From positions 175,805 to 239,804 of the forward strand of contig CAIOPG010000009.1 in the NCBI GenBank assembly GCA_903860135.1: DNA of 64,000 nucleotides, in the 5' to 3' direction. A program made the translations under genes and the position numbers. Within the stretch, counting starts at the first letter, position 1. The number at the start of each line of letters is the position of its first letter. The stretch comes from Candidatus Omnitrophota bacterium. GTDB taxonomy: Bacteria; Omnitrophota; Gorgyraeia; Zapsychrales; Fredricksoniimonadaceae. Shown piece after piece: positions 60,149 through 64,000 of this stretch. A model generated the notes under the pieces. That model was not told the origin of the DNA and ran no database searches. It worked only from the letters and a program-made list of their open reading frames with translations.

Positions 60149-61274
60149 TGATATCTATGTATTGATGCGTGAGGTCACATGTATAGACCGTGGCCGAAGC
60201 TTCACCGATCCCCAGGTCTGCGTGGATATAGATCGTATTCTTCTTCACTGAAAATTCTATTTTGAGTGTTTGCTCGGTCACACGATTGAAGCCGCAAGCC
60301 CCGATAGCTGCCGCCACACGGCCCCAGTTGGGATTGTCCGTATAGTCGGCGGTCTTGACCAGGCTGGAATTGGCAACCTTCATCGCCGCCGCACGCGCCT
60401 GCTTGACGCTCACTGCCCCGGTCACCCTGACCTCAAAGAATTTCGAAGCCCCTTCGCCGTCGATAATAATATCACGCGCCAGCTTGACGCAAACAGCCTT
60501 CAACGCTTCGACAAAAAGATCATAATCCGCCCCCCGGGCAGATATCATTTTATTATCCGCCATGCCGTTGGCCATCAGAGAAACCATATCATTGGTGCTC
60601 ATACAACCGTCGACGGTGATGGCATTGAAAGAAACATCGGTGGCCTCTCGCAAGGCCGTCGTCAGCAAACCGGGCGTGATCGCGGCATCCGTCGTCACAC
60701 ACGCCAGCATGGTGGCCATATTCGGCTCGATCATCCCCGACCCTTTGGCGCAAGCCCCGATCGTTACCGTCTTGCCCCCGACTTCCAATGACACGGCGAT
60801 CTGTTTGTCCATCGTATCGGTGGTCATGATCGCTTTGGCAAAGCTCGCGCCCCTTTTGGCACTCAACCCCTTAAACAGCGACGGCAGTGCTTCCCTGATC
60901 TTCTCGTAAGGGAAGGGACGACCAATGATCCCCGTCGACATCACCAGCACATTGGCAGGCACAATGGCAAAATGCCCCGCCACCAGCTCGGTCAACTTCT
61001 TGGCGTACATCATGCCGTACTCACCGGTAAAACAATTGGCATTGCCGCTGTTGGCCACCAGCGCCTGAACCTTGCCGCCCTTGATATGCTTCTGGCACAA
61101 CACGATCGGTGCAGCTTTCACGGAATTGCGCGTGAATACCGCCGCCGCCGTGCACATGACATCAGAATAAATAATACCCAGATCCGGCTTCCCGGATTTT
61201 TTGATCCCGGCCCAAAAACCATTGGCCTTAAAGCCGTGCGGAGAAGTAACGCCCCCCCCTTTAAGCTGTTTCAT
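60132..61274 (-). CDS. argJ: Bifunctional glutamate N-acetyltransferase / ornithine acetyltransferase
   Basis: 380 aa. ArgJ self-cleavage site context ATMLACVTTDA. Confidence 0.9.
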   Translation of the reverse strand: MKQLKGGGVTSPHGFKANGFWAGIKKSGKPDLGIIYSDVMCTAAAVFTRNSVKAAPIVLCQKHIKGGKVQALVANSGNANCFTGEYGMMYAKKLTELVAGHFAIVPANVLVMSTGIIGRPFPYEKIREALPSLFKGLSAKRGASFAKAIMTTDTMDKQIAVSLEVGGKTVTIGACAKGSGMIEPNMATMLACVTTDAAITPGLLTTALREATDVSFNAITVDGCMSTNDMVSLMANGMADNKMISARGADYDLFVEALKAVCVKLARDIIIDGEGASKFFEVRVTGAVSVKQARAAAMKVANSSLVKTADYTDNPNWGRVAAAIGACGFNRVTEQTLKIEFSVKKNTIYIHADLGIGEASATVYTCDLTHQYIDINGNYN

Positions 61275-62290
61275 AATAATCCTTCCGTCTCGTTAAACCC
61301 GCACATGATATTCATGTTTTGTACCGCCTGGCCACTGGCCCCCTTGACAAGATTATCAATGACCGATGTAATAACCAGTGATTTGCCGTCCGGACTAACA
61401 ACAAGGGCTATGTCACAAAAGTTCGTCCGCACCACATGCCGCAATTCAGGCTGAGCCCCTGGCTGTAAAAACCGGACGAATGTTTCCGTGCTGTAAAAAC
61501 GCCGGTAACACTCCGTCAGCGCCTTTGACGCTATCTTGGCATTCAAATGCACGTAGATCGTTTCGAGTATCCCCGAATCAACGGGCAAAAGATGCGGGAC
61601 AAACATGATGTCAACCGGCTTCTCTGCCATGCGCGATAAATACTGCGCAATTTCAGGCGCATGCTGATGCTCCAGCACCCGGTAGGCCTTGAAATTCTCG
61701 TTGACAAACGTGTACATCAACGCCTCAGAAGCCTTGCGCCCGGCCCCGGAAACGCCTGACTTCGCATCAATGGCAATCGACGCTATCTTGTCGGGATACA
61801 TCGACACCAGCGGTGCCAACCCCAGCAACGCGGCCGTCGGGTAACATCCCGGATTGGCAATGAATTTAGCCTTTTTGATCTGCGTCCGATAAATTTCTGA
61901 AAGCCCGTAAACAGCTTTGGCCAGATTACGCGGATCTTTATGCTCGGCGTGATACCATTTTTTATAAACAGCACGGTTCTTGAGACGGTAATCAGCACTG
62001 AGATCGATCACGCGTTTACCGGCGGCGAGTAATTCGCCGGCCACATTCATCGATTCTGTATGCGGCAACGCTAGGAAAACAAGATCACACGCCGCGATCG
62101 CCGCTTCAGCGCTGTATTTTTCACAAACAAGATCCGTACGGTTGGTGAACACAGGCCAGATAGCATCGACCCTGCCCGTCGTCGAATACGCTGCGGCATA
62201 GGTCACACGGACATCCTTGTGCCTTAAAAGGATATCGAGCAAGACCCTGCCAGAAAAACCACTGATACCGACAATACCCACCCTGACCAT
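61271..62290 (-). CDS. argC: N-acetyl-gamma-glutamyl-phosphate reductase
   Basis: 339 aa. VGIVGISGFSG N-terminus and catalytic Cys region NPGCYPT. Confidence 0.95.
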   Translation of the reverse strand: MVRVGIVGISGFSGRVLLDILLRHKDVRVTYAAAYSTTGRVDAIWPVFTNRTDLVCEKYSAEAAIAACDLVFLALPHTESMNVAGELLAAGKRVIDLSADYRLKNRAVYKKWYHAEHKDPRNLAKAVYGLSEIYRTQIKKAKFIANPGCYPTAALLGLAPLVSMYPDKIASIAIDAKSGVSGAGRKASEALMYTFVNENFKAYRVLEHQHAPEIAQYLSRMAEKPVDIMFVPHLLPVDSGILETIYVHLNAKIASKALTECYRRFYSTETFVRFLQPGAQPELRHVVRTNFCDIALVVSPDGKSLVITSVIDNLVKGASGQAVQNMNIMCGFNETEGLL

Positions 62291-62342
62291 AAGACCTTTC
62301 TTGTGGAATTTCCCGTCAGAAAAATAGAAATCAATAATAAAT

Positions 62343-62388
62343 TAAAAAGCCTGTCCCGTCAATAAAACTTTTTGAAGGAACAGGCTTT
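62343..62388 (-). terminator. Rho-independent terminator downstream of rpsI
   Basis: Minus strand reads AAAGCCTGTTCC-(loop)-GGACAGGCTTTTTAATTTATT, giving a stem of about 9 bp with one bulge followed by a U-tract. Confidence 0.6.
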
Positions 62389-62430
62389 GTAAATTCTTGA
62401 GAATTTAGTTTTGAACGGTACGCACCAGCG

Positions 62431-62826
62431 TTAACGCTTGACCCACTGGAACTTCCGGCGAGCACCCTTCTGTCCAGGCTTCTTGCGTTCCTTCATGCGT
62501 GAATCACGGCGAAGGCAAAGATTCTTCTTGAGGATCGCGCGCGAGGTCTGATCAAACAAAGTCAAGGCACGGGAAATAGCCATCCGCAGTGCGCCAGCCT
62601 GACCAGTCAAACCGCCGCCACACACATTGACATCAATATCAAAGCGATTGAGGAAGTTGGCCAACTTGAGCGGAGAAAGAATAAGGATGCGATCCGTCTC
62701 ACGCGGGAAATACACTTCAAACGCACGGCGATTGACTGTTAATCTGCCAGCGCCTGGAGTGATGATAACACGGGCTACTGCTGTTTTACGACGACCGGTT
62801 GCTGCATACTTGACGACTTCAACCAT
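62431..62826 (-). CDS. rpsI: 30S ribosomal protein S9
   Basis: 131 aa. C-terminal ...KKPGQKGARRKFQWVKR. Confidence 0.95.
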   Translation of the reverse strand: MVEVVKYAATGRRKTAVARVIITPGAGRLTVNRRAFEVYFPRETDRILILSPLKLANFLNRFDIDVNVCGGGLTGQAGALRMAISRALTLFDQTSRAILKKNLCLRRDSRMKERKKPGQKGARRKFQWVKR

Positions 62827-62852
62827 TGATACGACTCCTCTGATCTTAAATA

Positions 62853-63290
62853 TTAAATATCAAGTGGAACGGGTTTTTGCGCCTTGTGCGGATGATCCGC
62901 GCCGGCGTACACATAAAGATGCGTCTTCACACGGCTTCCGAGCTTGCCTTTGGGGATCATGCGGTGAATGGCCAGCTCCAGGATCTTGTGCGGGTTCTTT
63001 TCGAGCATATCCGAAAACCGGATGCTCTTTAAACCGGAATGAAAACCGGAATAACGATCATAGAATTTATCGCTGGTCTTCTTGCCGGTAACACGGATCT
63101 TCTCGGCATTGATGATGATCACATGATCGCCCGTATCCATAAAAGGCGTAAAAGCCGGCTTGTTCTTGCCGCGCAAGATCGAAGCGACCTTGGTGGCCAG
63201 ACGACCGAGAATCTTGCCTTCAGCGTCGACAATATGGAATTTCTTTGCGATTTGTTCAGGTGTTGGAAGTGATGTTTTTTGGAGTACCAT
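62853..63290 (-). CDS. rplM: 50S ribosomal protein L13
   Basis: 145 aa. L13 family (HIVDAEGKILGRLAT, GDHVIIINAEKI). Confidence 0.95.
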   Translation of the reverse strand: MVLQKTSLPTPEQIAKKFHIVDAEGKILGRLATKVASILRGKNKPAFTPFMDTGDHVIIINAEKIRVTGKKTSDKFYDRYSGFHSGLKSIRFSDMLEKNPHKILELAIHRMIPKGKLGSRVKTHLYVYAGADHPHKAQKPVPLDI

Positions 63291-63371
63291 GTTCTTCTCT
63301 TTTAGATTTTTCCCGAAGCCCTAGAAATAGTAAGCCTACATTCCAGCCATTCGATTAAATAATGAGCCTCA

Positions 63372-63399
63372 ACTATAACACACAAATGATGGATGTCAA
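63372..63399 (-). promoter_or_regulatory. Near-consensus sigma70-type promoter for rplM-rpsI, followed by a ~75-nt 5' UTR
   Basis: Minus strand reads cTGTTGACAtccatcatttgtgtgtTATAGTtgagg. TTGACA at 63394-63399 with a 16-17-nt spacer, then TATAGT/ATAGTT. Confidence 0.55.
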
Positions 63400-63449
63400 C
63401 AGAAAATCAATTTTGAGTTATCGTTTTTCTCGTTTTCTCTTAGCGATTG

Positions 63450-63833
63450 CTAAAACGGTCTTTCGACAATAATCCCCGGCATTGGGTAGTGTTTGCTATT
63501 CAGACAATAAAGTTTGCCGCCTGTTTGCATCACCGTAGCCGCCAGGAGCGCGTCATTGATGTCCAACCCGTGAGAAGGATGCCACTGACGATACAAGATG
63601 CCACCCAGATCAACGATCTTCTGGTCGATCACCGCCGTTTTAAATTGCGACAGGAACAACAGCGTATCCTTTTCCTCTTCTTTACGCATAAAGAAAACAA
63701 CTTCCGCACGCTGAATAGCACCGACCCACAATTCAAACTCCATCTTGCCATGTAATTCATTGAAGAAAGCAAGCGCCCTGGTGTCTCCACGCAAATGCCA
63801 AATCAAGATATCTGAATCAATATAAACCCTCAT
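63450..63833 (-). CDS. vapC: PIN-domain toxin (VapC-like) of a type II toxin-antitoxin pair
   Basis: 127 aa. MRVYIDSDILIWHLRG N-terminal acidic residue. DINDALLAATV and C-terminal LNSKHY. Confidence 0.75.
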   Translation of the reverse strand: MRVYIDSDILIWHLRGDTRALAFFNELHGKMEFELWVGAIQRAEVVFFMRKEEEKDTLLFLSQFKTAVIDQKIVDLGGILYRQWHPSHGLDINDALLAATVMQTGGKLYCLNSKHYPMPGIIVERPF

Positions 63834-64000
63834 GCGTGATGCCGCTCCATGGACATTCTAAAAGAATTCTTGGCGTGATGCACCGTTTCTTCCACTGTTT
63901 CAGATCGCTTCCACGCACCACTGGTTTGCGTGAAAACATTCATGTCTGCCGTCGACTCCATTTCACGCGCATACATCCGCACCGCGCCTTCAATGATCTT
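63830..64000 (-). CDS. Putative antitoxin (VapB-like), 5' end outside the window
   Basis: An open frame on the minus strand to the window edge translates ...KIIEGAVRMYAREMESTADMNVFTQTSGAWKRSETVEETVHHAKNSFRMSMERHHA*. Its TGA overlaps the vapC ATG (ATGA). Confidence 0.45.
   Translation of the reverse strand, partial: KIIEGAVRMYAREMESTADMNVFTQTSGAWKRSETVEETVHHAKNSFRMSMERHHA

Noticed and set aside
62291-62430. ARG box / T-box leader upstream of argC
   Set aside because: Only a weak AATTCCA half-site-like sequence. The region is mostly occupied by the rpsI terminator. Not supportable without a genome-wide motif.

Overview
This is a 64-kb bacterial window of about 50% GC in which all roughly 70 supported genes lie on the minus strand. 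No rRNA, tRNA, CRISPR array or transposase is visible. From low to high coordinates it contains: tsaD (partial), yibQ-like, ctpA, gatBAC, an orphan HAMP histidine kinase, ksgA-pdxA-surA (conserved synteny), an unusually short mfd, secDF-yajC-rpsP, a solo trpE, hisFAHBD, alaS-recX-recA, a TMTC-like membrane glycosyltransferase, and rsmE. Next comes an AT-richer block of about 16 kb encoding a complete type IV pilus/T2SS-like machine. It has 2 minor pilins, 8 tandem major-pilin paralogs in two families (including a three-unit near-identical tandem repeat), PilC, a PilB/MshE-type ATPase with tandem MshEN c-di-GMP motifs, a PilQ secretin, PilP/PilO-like proteins, a PilM-PilN fusion, a PilX-like pilin and a Zn-ribbon membrane protein. 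Immediately upstream and tightly coupled to it are a TonB-like stub, ExbD, ExbB and an 827-aa TPR protein. The rest of the window holds uvrA, a lysine-rich tandem-repeat small protein, and a seamless biosynthetic super-operon (argCJBDFGH-lysA-dapFABL-folK-panC-nadX) preceded by rplM-rpsI. The window ends with a VapC PIN toxin and a partial antitoxin. The most unusual items are the Ton/Tol-like PMF motor module fused into the pilus locus, the tandem pilin array, a minimal 639-aa Mfd lacking D1a, D1b/D3 and D7, and the Lys-rich repeat protein. Taxonomy cannot be assigned from sequence alone.
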